Shown in pieces: positions 18,890 through 28,491 of a stretch of 64,000 nucleotides of DNA. The position numbers and the translations under genes are program-made. Each line of letters begins with the position of its first letter. Position 1 is the first letter of the stretch. Origin of the DNA: Candidatus Heimdallarchaeota archaeon (GTDB taxonomy: Archaea; Asgardarchaeota; Heimdallarchaeia; Heimdallarchaeales; Heimdallarchaeaceae). The DNA lies in the NCBI GenBank assembly GCA_016840095.1, contig JAEOSZ010000066.1:13627-77626 (forward strand), read 5' to 3'. The notes below the pieces were generated by a model, which had not been told where the DNA came from, did no database searches, and saw only the letters and a program-made list of their open reading frames with translations.

Positions 18890-19750
18890 ATGGCAAAAGA
18901 TGAAGTAAAATCCTTGGTGAATTCTGTTAATATGGTAAAAAACATGGTTGAAAGCATCGTTTCAGCTGTTCAAGAAAGATTCAAAGATTATGATAACGTT
19001 GTTGTGTCATTAAAAGAAAGGATTGAGAATTTAGAAAACAAAATCACTGCATTAGAACAAGGAGGAACTCCTGTTGGAGCAACAGTTACTCCAGATCTAT
19101 CACATTTAGGTAAAAGGATAGATGGTCTTAATGAAAGGATTTTGTTAATCGAAGCAACTAGAAGTGTTCAACAAGATCCTGCAGTTGAACCAGCAGATGT
19201 TCAGACCTTTAAAGAAATTGCAGAAAAAGAGACAAAGCCAGAACCTGTTGCTGAAATGCCAACAGCACCTTCAGCTCCAGCACCAGTACCTGATGTCATC
19301 GCCACAGAACCAGAGCCTGTTGAGGAAAAACAATTTGTTCCTCCAACTGTCGAGGCTCCTTCTATACCAACACCAACACCACCACCTGCAATTCGTAGTA
19401 CTGCACCTGAACCTGAAGTAATACCTGAAATTCCAGTAGTTGAAGAAGCTCCAGCTCAACCTGATATTCCAGCTCCATCCGCATTTCCTAAACCTGCAAC
19501 TCAAGTTACAGAACCTGCAGAGAGAGATGTCAGCCCAATATCCAGAGAAGTTTCTGGAAGTATTCCTGCACCACCCTCTCAAGTTGAAGAATCAACTCAT
19601 CAACCACAAGCAGTTCAACCTCCTGTACCAAAAGTAGATGATGATGCTGCAGCTCCAGAAGAGAAAAAATCAGCAGAATTATTCGGTGAGGCTGTCAGTG
19701 GAGATAAAGCTGAACTTCTGAAAGCTCTTAAGAAATTGGAAGATCTGTAA
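18890..19750 (+). CDS. Coiled-coil + proline/glutamate-rich low-complexity protein
   Basis: ATG at 18890 (MAKDEVKSLV). N-terminal heptad-like segment, ~170-aa P/E/V/A-rich region, C-terminal amphipathic helix AELLKALKKLEDL. Confidence 0.5.
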   Translation: MAKDEVKSLVNSVNMVKNMVESIVSAVQERFKDYDNVVVSLKERIENLENKITALEQGGTPVGATVTPDLSHLGKRIDGLNERILLIEATRSVQQDPAVEPADVQTFKEIAEKETKPEPVAEMPTAPSAPAPVPDVIATEPEPVEEKQFVPPTVEAPSIPTPTPPPAIRSTAPEPEVIPEIPVVEEAPAQPDIPAPSAFPKPATQVTEPAERDVSPISREVSGSIPAPPSQVEESTHQPQAVQPPVPKVDDDAAAPEEKKSAELFGEAVSGDKAELLKALKKLEDL

Positions 19751-19797
19751 TAATTGTCTATAGTAAATTTCATATAGCAATTACAGATTTTTGCTTA

Positions 19798-20856
19798 ATG
19801 GCAACTGTAACACCAGTAGTTATTTACATATTATCTTTTTTTATTCCCTTTATTATAACGTTGGCAGGATTACCTCTACATATAAAAATAATGCAAAGAA
19901 GAGGAATCGTTGGGGTGGATATTCACAAAAAAGAAAAACCTAAGGTTGCAGAAAGAGGAGGAATTGTAATATTAGTTTCTATAATTCTATCTTCAGTTCT
20001 GATGATTATCCTAGTTGATGATAATGAACTAAGATTATCTATAGGTATATTTTGTATTACTGTTACAATTGCTGGTGTGATAGGTTTAATTGACGATATA
20101 GTAAATCTGAGTGCTATTCTAAAACCATTTTTACTTCTTTTTGCTTCAATTCCAATATTTGCATCTAAAAGATATACGCCGGAACCAATCCTACCATTTA
20201 TAGGTAAAACAAGACTGAATATAGCCTATCTTATACTATTGCCTTTCGTAGTTGCTGTTCCAGCAAACTCAGTTAATATGTTAGATGTATTCAATGGGAC
20301 TATGGCAGCAACCACAATTATAGTGTTAATCGCAGTTGTCTTCTCCAATTTAATCGTCTTTGGTAATGGTTTAGATCCACTTAATGATGCTGGGCTATCA
20401 GAATCAGGATTAACCTATATTTTCATCCTAATCATGATTGGTACAGTATTTGCATTTTGGATATTCAATCGTTATCCTGCTAAAGTTTTTGGGGGAGATA
20501 CAGGGAGTCTAGCCATCGGAGGAGCTTTGGGAGCTATTGCAGTTATGGGGAGATTGGAAGTAGTTGTTATCATTGCTATGATACCTTTCATTATGAATGC
20601 ATTTGGAATAATTAGTAGTGTTAAAGGTTTATTAGAAAGAAGAGAGATGGCAAGACCAACAAAGATGACAGAAGATTGGAAAATTGAATCAACTAGAGAT
20701 AAAAAGGCACCAATAACTCTAGTAGGGTTAGTTATTCAAAACGGCCCTCTTCATGAGAAAGAAGTCGTTAAAACATTCAATATCCTAACCATAATCAGTG
20801 GTATTCTTGCTATAGTTATTGCAGTTTTAACTAATCTATCGGGGGTAGTAACATGA
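19798..20856 (+). CDS. aglH: Glycosyltransferase family 4, dolichyl-phosphate GlcNAc-1-P transferase type (AglH/Alg7-like)
   Basis: Polytopic membrane protein with GLIDDIVNL and NSVNMLDVFNG motifs characteristic of the MraY/WecA/GPT family. Confidence 0.8.
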   Translation: MATVTPVVIYILSFFIPFIITLAGLPLHIKIMQRRGIVGVDIHKKEKPKVAERGGIVILVSIILSSVLMIILVDDNELRLSIGIFCITVTIAGVIGLIDDIVNLSAILKPFLLLFASIPIFASKRYTPEPILPFIGKTRLNIAYLILLPFVVAVPANSVNMLDVFNGTMAATTIIVLIAVVFSNLIVFGNGLDPLNDAGLSESGLTYIFILIMIGTVFAFWIFNRYPAKVFGGDTGSLAIGGALGAIAVMGRLEVVVIIAMIPFIMNAFGIISSVKGLLERREMARPTKMTEDWKIESTRDKKAPITLVGLVIQNGPLHEKEVVKTFNILTIISGILAIVIAVLTNLSGVVT

Positions 20857-21182
20857 ATATCTTACACACTACATCAAAATTCATAAAGAACATTGGATCA
20901 GGATTGAAGGATTATTTCAAGCTTACACCAAGACTTGCAAAGTTAATTGGTTTAGAAATCTTTGTTTTTGGTGCATTTGTAGGCATTTGTGTAGTAATCA
21001 GTGAGGGTGTAATGAAAATACCTGATTCTCCACAGCCAGGATTAAACTTCCTATTTGCTGCATTGAAAGTAGGTATTAGTCTTCTTCTAATTGGTTTATG
21101 GTTAGGAGCTTGGTACTATATAACAAAAAGACTAATGAAAAATGATAGTAAAGAAGATAAGGAAAAAGAAGAAAATAATTGA
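20853..21182 (+). CDS. Small two-TM membrane protein
   Basis: ATGA overlap with aglH. Two hydrophobic helices and a K/E-rich tail. Confidence 0.45.
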   Translation: MNILHTTSKFIKNIGSGLKDYFKLTPRLAKLIGLEIFVFGAFVGICVVISEGVMKIPDSPQPGLNFLFAALKVGISLLLIGLWLGAWYYITKRLMKNDSKEDKEKEENN

Positions 21183-21184
21183 AA

Positions 21185-21850
21185 CTATATTTTAGTCTCT
21201 AAGAGATACAATCTCTTCTTCAAATTATAGAACCTTTTAGCAAATTCTAAACTAGAGATATCATAGTCCTCAAATTGTTGTTCTATAGCAAAAAGCTCAC
21301 TTTCAACATTCAAAATTTCATCTTCAAGATGCTTTTGTTTTTCTTGTTGTAAAGTTCTATTTGTCAACTGTTGGGTTTGTTTGTTCTTGATTTCATTCAA
21401 GATTTTTTTCTTGTCTTCAAGAATTATAGCCAACTGCTCTTTTTGAGAGATTATAGGAGTAAGTTGTTCTTGAGAATCAACTGTTTCTATCTCTTTTTCT
21501 ACACATCTTGCTGGAACTTTTTGGAATAGTCTTAATAATTCTACAATTACTTGGAATAAATGATAACTGTCTCTCCAACGAGCTAGCATTCTCATTTCGA
21601 GAACACCATCAGGTGTCATATTTGGATGGGTGATTGGACTGAGAATCTGAACAACAGGAGGAAATTCAGGAAAATTCTCTGGTAATTTTATTTCGACATC
21701 AACGAATATTTCTCCTTCATTTGTAATTACTGGAACAAATCCCTTCCAAGTTGTTAAATCACCATCTTTCGGCTCGAAAGCATAAGCTCTCTCCATTACA
21801 AGACTATATTCTTTTGCTAGGACACTATCTGGAACAGGCATAATATACAC
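21185..21850 (-). CDS. E2-variant (UEV-like, UBC fold without catalytic Cys) protein with C-terminal coiled coil
   Basis: WKGFVPV..GEIFVDVEIKLPENFPEFPPVVQILSPITHPNMTPDGVLEMRMLARW follows the E2 core pattern (YPxxPPxVxF..HPN..G.ICL..L..W). The Cys position (HPN+8) is Glu85. The last ~100 aa are heptad-rich. Confidence 0.6.
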   Translation of the reverse strand: MYIMPVPDSVLAKEYSLVMERAYAFEPKDGDLTTWKGFVPVITNEGEIFVDVEIKLPENFPEFPPVVQILSPITHPNMTPDGVLEMRMLARWRDSYHLFQVIVELLRLFQKVPARCVEKEIETVDSQEQLTPIISQKEQLAIILEDKKKILNEIKNKQTQQLTNRTLQQEKQKHLEDEILNVESELFAIEQQFEDYDISSLEFAKRFYNLKKRLYLLETKI

Positions 21851-21958
21851 CTTACTTTCGATATTCTATTTCACAAGGACTTATTTATAGATTCGCTTTC
21901 AAATCTTAACCTATAACTCAACTCTAAATTTTTAAATCAACTATTCAGTTTACTCCTA

Positions 21959-23821
21959 ATGACTCGAGTAGCTGTGATAAATCAAGATAAATGCAGACCA
22001 GATAAATGCGGTCAATTGTGTTACAAAGTTTGTCCTTCTGTTAGAGCTGGAAGAGAAACGATAACTTTTGATCCTCCAAGTAATAAAGCTGTTATCCATG
22101 AACCTCTTTGCTCTGGTGTCGCAATCTGTGTGAAGAAATGCCCATTTCATTGTATAACCGTTGTTAATCTTCCAGAAGAACTGGATAAAGAAGTTACACA
22201 TAGATATGGGATAAATGGATTTAAATTACATAGATTACCTATGCCAAAAGTGGGCCAAGTAACAGGTCTAGTTGGGCAGAATGGATCAGGTAAAAGTACT
22301 ACATTAAATATCTTACAAGGAGCTTTCAAACCAAATCTGGGAAGATTTGAAGAACCACCTGAATGGGATGAAATCGTAGAAAATTATAGAGGAACTGAAG
22401 CTCAATCATATTTTGAAAAACTTGCAAATGAAGAGCTTAAAATTATCTTGAAACCACAGAATGTAGATAAATTACCCAGAGTCATAAAAGGTAACGTTTC
22501 CGAATTAATTTCCAAAGTTGATGAACGAGGATTAAAAGATGAAGTCAAAGAGATATTCTCCCTATCTAAAGTCTGGGATAGAGATATATCAAAATTAAGT
22601 GGGGGGGAACTACAAAGATTAGCAATTGCAGCATCTGTAGTAAGAGAAGCAGATGTTTACCTTTTTGATGAACCAACTTCGTACTTAGATGTTCAAGAAA
22701 GAGTTAAAATTGCACAATACATTAATGAGATGAAATCTCCTAACCATACTCTTATTGTAGTTGAACACGATCTAGCTATGTTAGATTATCTTAGTGATCA
22801 TGTTCACATGTATTATGGTCAAGCTGGAGCATATGGTATCGTAAGTCATCCCTATTCTGTTAGGGAAGGGATAAATATTTTTCTGGATGGATATATTCCA
22901 TCAGAAAATATGCGTTTCAGACCTGAACCTATAATATTCAAAAAAGCAAGTCTTGAAGAAAAAATTACTTCGTCTAGGTTAGCATTAAGATATGGAGATA
23001 TGACTAAAAAGTTTGATTCATTTGAGTTATCAGTTAAGGGAGGAGAATTATACAAAGGAGAAGTAGTTGGCATCATTGGACCCAATGGAATTGGTAAAAC
23101 AACCTTCGTAAAAATGCTTGCAGGAATTCTTGAACCAACTACAATATCTGAACCTACAGAACTACTAGCTCAGATGACAACAAGAGACACAGAAGCAACT
23201 AATCTGCAAGAGAACAATGAAAAAGCCACAATACATGAGAAATTGATTGTGAGTCATAAACCTCAATATCTCTATACTGAGTCTGAACAAACAGTTCTGG
23301 ATTATCTGAGAGAAATAAACCCTGTAATGCTAACAAGTGGCTGGCACAAATCAGAAATAATTGAGCCTTTAAAATTTTCAAAACTCCTAGATTCTAGGCT
23401 CTGTAACTTATCTGGAGGGGAGCTTCAAAAAGTCTCTATAGCTGCGTGTTTGGGTAGAAAAGCGCATTTGTATCTTTTAGATGAGCCTTCAGCTTACATT
23501 TCATCAGAAGATAGAGTTAATGTAGCAAAAGTAATCAAAAGAGTAGTATCACACTATGAATTTCCAGCTATTGTTGTAGAGCATGATGTAATGATGCTTA
23601 ACTTTACTTCTGATAGACTTATGGTCTTTGATGGTATTCCAGGTGAAAAAGGATCAAGTAAAAGAATCGGTACCATACAACATGGCATGAATACTTTCTT
23701 GCGAAAAATGGATATAACATTCAGACAAGATCCACGGACACTTCGTCCAAGAGTAAACAAAAAAAACTCCCAACTAGATAAGAAACAAAAATCTGAAGGA
23801 AACTATTTTGTAACAGCTTAA
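21959..23821 (+). CDS. abcE1: ABCE1 / RNase L inhibitor-type ribosome recycling ATPase
   Basis: N-terminal Fe-S domain (CRPDKCGQLCYKVCP; CSGVAICVKKCP), two ABC NBDs (GQNGSGKST..LSGGELQR; GPNGIGKTT..LSGGELQK). Confidence 0.95.
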   Translation: MTRVAVINQDKCRPDKCGQLCYKVCPSVRAGRETITFDPPSNKAVIHEPLCSGVAICVKKCPFHCITVVNLPEELDKEVTHRYGINGFKLHRLPMPKVGQVTGLVGQNGSGKSTTLNILQGAFKPNLGRFEEPPEWDEIVENYRGTEAQSYFEKLANEELKIILKPQNVDKLPRVIKGNVSELISKVDERGLKDEVKEIFSLSKVWDRDISKLSGGELQRLAIAASVVREADVYLFDEPTSYLDVQERVKIAQYINEMKSPNHTLIVVEHDLAMLDYLSDHVHMYYGQAGAYGIVSHPYSVREGINIFLDGYIPSENMRFRPEPIIFKKASLEEKITSSRLALRYGDMTKKFDSFELSVKGGELYKGEVVGIIGPNGIGKTTFVKMLAGILEPTTISEPTELLAQMTTRDTEATNLQENNEKATIHEKLIVSHKPQYLYTESEQTVLDYLREINPVMLTSGWHKSEIIEPLKFSKLLDSRLCNLSGGELQKVSIAACLGRKAHLYLLDEPSAYISSEDRVNVAKVIKRVVSHYEFPAIVVEHDVMMLNFTSDRLMVFDGIPGEKGSSKRIGTIQHGMNTFLRKMDITFRQDPRTLRPRVNKKNSQLDKKQKSEGNYFVTA

Positions 23822-24714
23822 TTTTTAGTTTTTACTTCCACTGCAATTTCCATTTCCTTTTTCTCAGTTTTCTTTTGTTCAGTTCTATTGATATTAGTTA
23901 TCCTTGCTTTGTAAATTTGTTCTGCAATTTGTAAGGTAATTTTCTCTTTCAGAAATCTAAACTTCTCAGTAATCCAAATAAGAGGAATGAATGATTTAGG
24001 TTGAATCAAATTGTACTTTGGCTTAACAATAAGTTTTGCAATTTTTTCAGCCAGTTTATTAACAGAACTTCCATTTACAACATTATCATTTAAACCAGAT
24101 ATTTTGTTGAACTCTGTGTCATATGGTCCAGGTAAAACAGTTGATACAGATATTCCATAATTCCTAAGCTCTTGTCTTATACTATCTCCAAACACTTTTA
24201 CTGCAGATTTTGTTGCACAATAAACAGCAAAAGGATAGACAGGGAGCATTGCTAGAGATGAGGATATGTTAATTATACATCCTTCTCCTTGTTCTTTCAT
24301 AATTGGTACAATTGCGTGTGTCATTTTAATTAGAGAGAGAACATTTGTCTCAATTAATTGATCAATTTCCTCTTCAGGTTGGTTCAGAAATAGATTTGCT
24401 TTTCCCAATCCAGCGTTATTAATAAGTACATCAATCCTACCATATGTTCTCAAAGTTGAATCAATTATTCTCTCTCGGTCTTCTCTATCTCTAATATCGC
24501 TGACAACAGGTAAAACCTTTACTTTCTGTTTTTTTAACAAACTAGCAGTGTGGTACAATTTTCTCTTTCTTCTTGCTGTAAGAACAAGTTTTGGCTTGTA
24601 TTTAACTAGAGCAAGAGCAACTGCTTTTCCTATTCCTGAAGAAGCTCCAGTAATAATGATGACTTTACCTTCATCAAAAAAAGCATTATTTGAGTAATGA
24701 GCTTTTCTTTGCAT
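23818..24714 (-). CDS. Short-chain dehydrogenase/reductase
   Basis: TGASSGIGKA cofactor motif, NNAG, catalytic YCATK. Confidence 0.85.
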   Translation of the reverse strand: MQRKAHYSNNAFFDEGKVIIITGASSGIGKAVALALVKYKPKLVLTARRKRKLYHTASLLKKQKVKVLPVVSDIRDREDRERIIDSTLRTYGRIDVLINNAGLGKANLFLNQPEEEIDQLIETNVLSLIKMTHAIVPIMKEQGEGCIINISSSLAMLPVYPFAVYCATKSAVKVFGDSIRQELRNYGISVSTVLPGPYDTEFNKISGLNDNVVNGSSVNKLAEKIAKLIVKPKYNLIQPKSFIPLIWITEKFRFLKEKITLQIAEQIYKARITNINRTEQKKTEKKEMEIAVEVKTKN

Positions 24715-24779
24715 ACTATCAGAAATTCTTCTAAATTATCTTATAAAAACTCAAAAAAAGAAAGAAAAAGAAATCGACA

Positions 24780-25208
24780 TTATTTTTCCTTTAGATGTTC
24801 AAACCATTCAGGCAATTTTATGCTTTCTTTGGAGACACTATCTCCTGGTAGATATGGTTTGATATCCAATACTGGTGTTCCATCTAGAGCATCAATTCTA
24901 TCAATGTAAAGTCTGTTATTTTCAACCTTTAGTAACTTGACCTTAGTTAGACCTATGGGGTTTGGTCGTGTTGGACTTCTAGAGGAGAAAACACCTGTTT
25001 CTATAGAGACTTCTAACCTTGGAGGAGTAGCTAGCATTTGAGATCTATCTTGAGGATTATCTCTCATTGATATCCACCATAATACGAAAATATGACTAAA
25101 TTGATCGATATGACGTAATCCAGTAGTGTAAAGTTGTGATAATTCAATATAGCAAGCTTCCTGTTCTATTCTTACTATACCAATCTGATGAATTCCAAAA
25201 GATGACAT
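24780..25208 (-). CDS. trmO: tRNA methyltransferase TrmO/TsaA (YaeB) family
   Basis: GVFSSRSPTRPNPIGLTKVKLLKVENNRLYIDRIDALDGTPVLDIKPYLP. ATG at 25208. Confidence 0.8.
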   Translation of the reverse strand: MSSFGIHQIGIVRIEQEACYIELSQLYTTGLRHIDQFSHIFVLWWISMRDNPQDRSQMLATPPRLEVSIETGVFSSRSPTRPNPIGLTKVKLLKVENNRLYIDRIDALDGTPVLDIKPYLPGDSVSKESIKLPEWFEHLKEK

Positions 25209-25278
25209 TATAATCAAACACCAATAATCTAATCATCTTTTGAATTTTTCTTTATCACTTATTTCCTCAATAACTGAA

Positions 25279-25962
25279 TTACTCAAAGAAATAGTCTAGG
25301 GTGTGTTTTTCTTTTCTTTGTTCAACAACTTTCTCATAAAATTCCTTTTCAATCTTCATATTCGCTTTTTCTAAAGCATATTTGGGAATGAATTTACGAA
25401 AGAGTTTAACATTCAATCTTTGTTCAAGAAATTGAGTTTCATAATACTTTTCCCAAAGGAAATCCCCATCTTCTATAAAAGCATCAGTGGGAAAACCATC
25501 GGTAATTGAATGCTTTGCGAAATCTCTAACTTGTTCAACAATTGTTTTTTTAGAACTTCCTTTGAACTGAGGAAACTCAGAAAGGTCTTTTCTATTAGTT
25601 ACTACAGAAAAGGAGCTATTACTGAAAACAACAATGATGAATCTATCAAATCTTTTAGCTAGTGATTTAGCAATTAAATTACAGGTATCGTGTTCAGGAT
25701 TGTATTCTCCTACAAGAACCATCTCAGGAAATGGTTTAAGCCTCATATATGCTGACAGAAGATGTACTTCTCTAAGGACAGCATTGCCTCTCTTTTTAAT
25801 CATATTTCCTAATTTTGAGCATCCTGTAGTTATTTCAAAAGGTTTAGACTCTAACAAAACTTCTGCCCCTGAAATAAAATCTTTAGTCGAATCTTTGTGA
25901 TATTTTGCAGCATTAAAGTACTCTTCAGCAGATAAACTACAAAAAAACAAGTCTCTAAGCAC
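25279..25962 (-). CDS. DUF4130-type probable DNA metabolism protein (partner of the DNA modification/repair radical SAM enzyme)
   Basis: 8-nt overlap with the upstream radical SAM gene. Size and segments such as LLSAYMRLKP..VGEYNPEH fit the family that accompanies that enzyme. Confidence 0.6.
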   Translation of the reverse strand: MLRDLFFCSLSAEEYFNAAKYHKDSTKDFISGAEVLLESKPFEITTGCSKLGNMIKKRGNAVLREVHLLSAYMRLKPFPEMVLVGEYNPEHDTCNLIAKSLAKRFDRFIIVVFSNSSFSVVTNRKDLSEFPQFKGSSKKTIVEQVRDFAKHSITDGFPTDAFIEDGDFLWEKYYETQFLEQRLNVKLFRKFIPKYALEKANMKIEKEFYEKVVEQRKEKHTLDYFFE

Positions 25963-27130
25963 CTCCTTTAGGAATTTTAAAAGTATCCAATGTTAGTTGA
26001 GTTTTCGAGCCAATCTTTAGAAAAGGTAGAGCTCTCTTCAAGACAATACCTATTGATTTAAGTTGCTGATTTTTAGTTAGTTTTACTCCCTGTTGTTGTA
26101 ATTTTAATACTCTCATTGCAGAAGTATGACCTATACCTGGAACTCTCATAAGTTCATCGTAAGTTGCACAATTAATATCTACAGGGAAAAGTTCTGTGTT
26201 CATCCTAGCTAAGGTCACTTTCGGATCCATCTTGAGAGGGATAAATCCATTATCATTTACAACATTCAAAAGTTCTTCTGGAGAATATTTGTAGATTCTT
26301 CTGAGCCAATCTATCTGGTATAACCTATGTTCTCTTAAGAAAAAAGTTCTAGGAAAACTTTTACTCTTCTCTTCTAAAGGAAGACAAGTTGAGTAGTATT
26401 GTCTTCTAAAATTCCAATCGTCGGTATAGAAATCGAAAACATTGTCCAAAATCTCTTTGTCTGTTTCTTCAGCTGCTCCAATTACATACTGAGTAGTGTA
26501 ACCAGCTGGAATTTCTCCTTTTTCTCTCATTTCTGGGAGATATCTTGTTACTTTGATGATGTCGGAGTAAAAATCCTTAGTTGAGCAAGTTTCACTGAAT
26601 CGGGATTTATTAGGTAATTCCACATTGATACTAACACGATCAGCTAATTCACCTATTCTAAGAAGTTCATCTTTCCCAATACCTGGAAGAACCTTTGCAT
26701 GTACATAACCATCAAACTTGTACTTATTACGTAAAACAAGGAGAGTTTCATGAATTTTCTCAGCTTGACAATTTGCGCTTTTTCCAACTCCAGAACTTAG
26801 AAACAATCCTTCAATATAATTTCGTAGATAAAAACCAATAGTTAGTCTTGCCAGTTCATCAGGTTTAAAAGAAGTAATTGAATGCTTGAACTGCTTTCTG
26901 TTCTTCGTAGAATTGATACAATAAGCACAATCATGTATGCACTGATTTGTAAACAAAACTTTGAGCAAACTAATGCAACGACCATCTGGGAGAAACGAGT
27001 GACATATACCTGTCGATACTGCCTTGCCAATTGATCCTGGAGTATGTGCTCTGGGGGACGCTGTAGATGCACATAAGTCATACTTTGCAGCTTCACCTAA
27101 GATACGTAATTTTTCCAAAACACTCGGCAA
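25955..27130 (-). CDS. Putative DNA modification/repair radical SAM protein with C-terminal HhH
   Basis: KLRILGEAAKYDLCAS N-terminus, Cys cluster CIHDCAYC, C-terminal helix-hairpin-helix YDELMRVPGIGHTSAMRVL. Confidence 0.75.
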   Translation of the reverse strand: MPSVLEKLRILGEAAKYDLCASTASPRAHTPGSIGKAVSTGICHSFLPDGRCISLLKVLFTNQCIHDCAYCINSTKNRKQFKHSITSFKPDELARLTIGFYLRNYIEGLFLSSGVGKSANCQAEKIHETLLVLRNKYKFDGYVHAKVLPGIGKDELLRIGELADRVSINVELPNKSRFSETCSTKDFYSDIIKVTRYLPEMREKGEIPAGYTTQYVIGAAEETDKEILDNVFDFYTDDWNFRRQYYSTCLPLEEKSKSFPRTFFLREHRLYQIDWLRRIYKYSPEELLNVVNDNGFIPLKMDPKVTLARMNTELFPVDINCATYDELMRVPGIGHTSAMRVLKLQQQGVKLTKNQQLKSIGIVLKRALPFLKIGSKTQLTLDTFKIPKGGA

Positions 27131-27290
27131 TTTTACTCATAAATAATTAGACTTTCAATATAAAAACCCCCAAAAAGAGTAACTTGGAGAAATAATAAAG
27201 AAAATCTTCAAAATCACAACTTTTAAAACTAATTCTTTGTTTGGGAACATACCGACGAGATGTCCACCCGGGAATCGTTAGGTGATAATT

Positions 27291-27920
27291 ATGACCAAAA
27301 GTATGTATAAGTATATTGGTGAGTTTTGGCGCAATCGAGATACTCCAGAGTTTAAGGAGTTGATGCGAAAGCGTATTATTCAATGGAGAAGAGAGGGAGC
27401 TACTGAAAGAGTTGAAAAGCCAACAAGACTTGATAGAGCTAGAGCACTTGGATATAAGGCTAAACAGGGATACGTAATTGTTAGAGCAAAAGTTAGGAGA
27501 GGAGGAAGGAGAAAAAAGAGACCTGTAAGAGGAAGAAAATCTCGTAATATGGGTGTTAACAAAATAACTCCCAAGAAAAGTATCAAACTTATTGCCGAAG
27601 AAAGAGTTGCAAGAAAATATAGCAACCTTGAAGTTCTAAACTCTTATTGGGTAGGTCAAGATGGTAGACATAAATTCTTCGAAATAATATTGATAGATCC
27701 TCAACATCCTGTAATTGCAAAAGATCCAAGAACAAGTTGGGTTTCAATTAAAGAATATCGTGGTGACGAAATATTTTACCTCAAAAATCCAGTTCATAGA
27801 GGAAGAGTTCATAGAGGATTGACAAGTGCAGGTAAAAAATCAAGAGGACTTCGTACAAAAGGTATTGGTGCTGAAAAAGTCAGACCTTCTTTAAGAAGTC
27901 ATGGACGAAGAGGCAACTAA
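27291..27920 (+). CDS. rpl15e: 50S ribosomal protein L15e
   Basis: [11 protein letters not shown]...[33 protein letters not shown] Shine-Dalgarno-like sequence at 27281-27286 ahead of the ATG at 27291. Confidence 0.95.
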   Translation: MTKSMYKYIGEFWRNRDTPEFKELMRKRIIQWRREGATERVEKPTRLDRARALGYKAKQGYVIVRAKVRRGGRRKKRPVRGRKSRNMGVNKITPKKSIKLIAEERVARKYSNLEVLNSYWVGQDGRHKFFEIILIDPQHPVIAKDPRTSWVSIKEYRGDEIFYLKNPVHRGRVHRGLTSAGKKSRGLRTKGIGAEKVRPSLRSHGRRGN

Positions 27921-27972
27921 CCTTCTTTCTTTTCTTTATTTTTAGAAATATACAAGCAAATTAGGTAATAGG

Positions 27973-28434
27973 ATGGACATCACAATTAGCAAAATTGAAT
28001 ATAGTTTTTCAATTCATGCTACAGAGGATTTTGATAAAAACTTGGAAGCTTTAACGAATCTTATTCCAGAAGAACTTATTCAGGAAACAGAGGTTGTTGT
28101 TGAAGAACTTGTAGGAGGATATGATAATCCTATTGAATATGTTTCAATCACTTTTAGTAATAAAAAACTAATAAACAGAATTTTAGCCCACTTAGTAAAT
28201 CAATTTTCAAAGGAACAAAAACAGCAGTTATTTACTGAATTCGAGGAAAGGTTTAACCAAGATAAGAAATCTTTTCATATTCGAATTGATAAGCAGGCAA
28301 TGTTATCTAATCACCTTTCTGTGAGTTTAGGAACCAATATTATTAAAATAGAGATTAAATTGAGATCTTATATCAAAAATGTTGATTTCAAACAGTTTTT
28401 GATTGATAATGGTCTATTAATGAAAAACTATTAA
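27973..28434 (+). CDS. DUF54/COG1931-type predicted RNA-binding protein
   Basis: FSIHATEDFDKNLEAL and GGYDNPIEY resemble the HATED/GxxGNPI signatures of this archaeal family. Located next to L15e. Confidence 0.5.
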   Translation: MDITISKIEYSFSIHATEDFDKNLEALTNLIPEELIQETEVVVEELVGGYDNPIEYVSITFSNKKLINRILAHLVNQFSKEQKQQLFTEFEERFNQDKKSFHIRIDKQAMLSNHLSVSLGTNIIKIEIKLRSYIKNVDFKQFLIDNGLLMKNY

Positions 28435-28491
28435 TTATTTGGCACAGCCACAAAGAATCAACTTATAATTTTATATCACTTATATAAGAGC

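Noticed and set aside
19164-19637. Alternative-frame and antisense ORFs inside the proline-rich gene
   Set aside because: The locally higher GC and repetitive codons keep several frames open. Only the 18890-19750 frame has a sensible N-terminus, start context and termination.
27241-27290. GC-richer patch with a possible bulged hairpin (GGAACAU..AUGUCC) in the L15e leader
   Set aside because: The hairpin has only 6 bp with a bulge, and I cannot assess conservation. This is too weak to call a regulatory structure.
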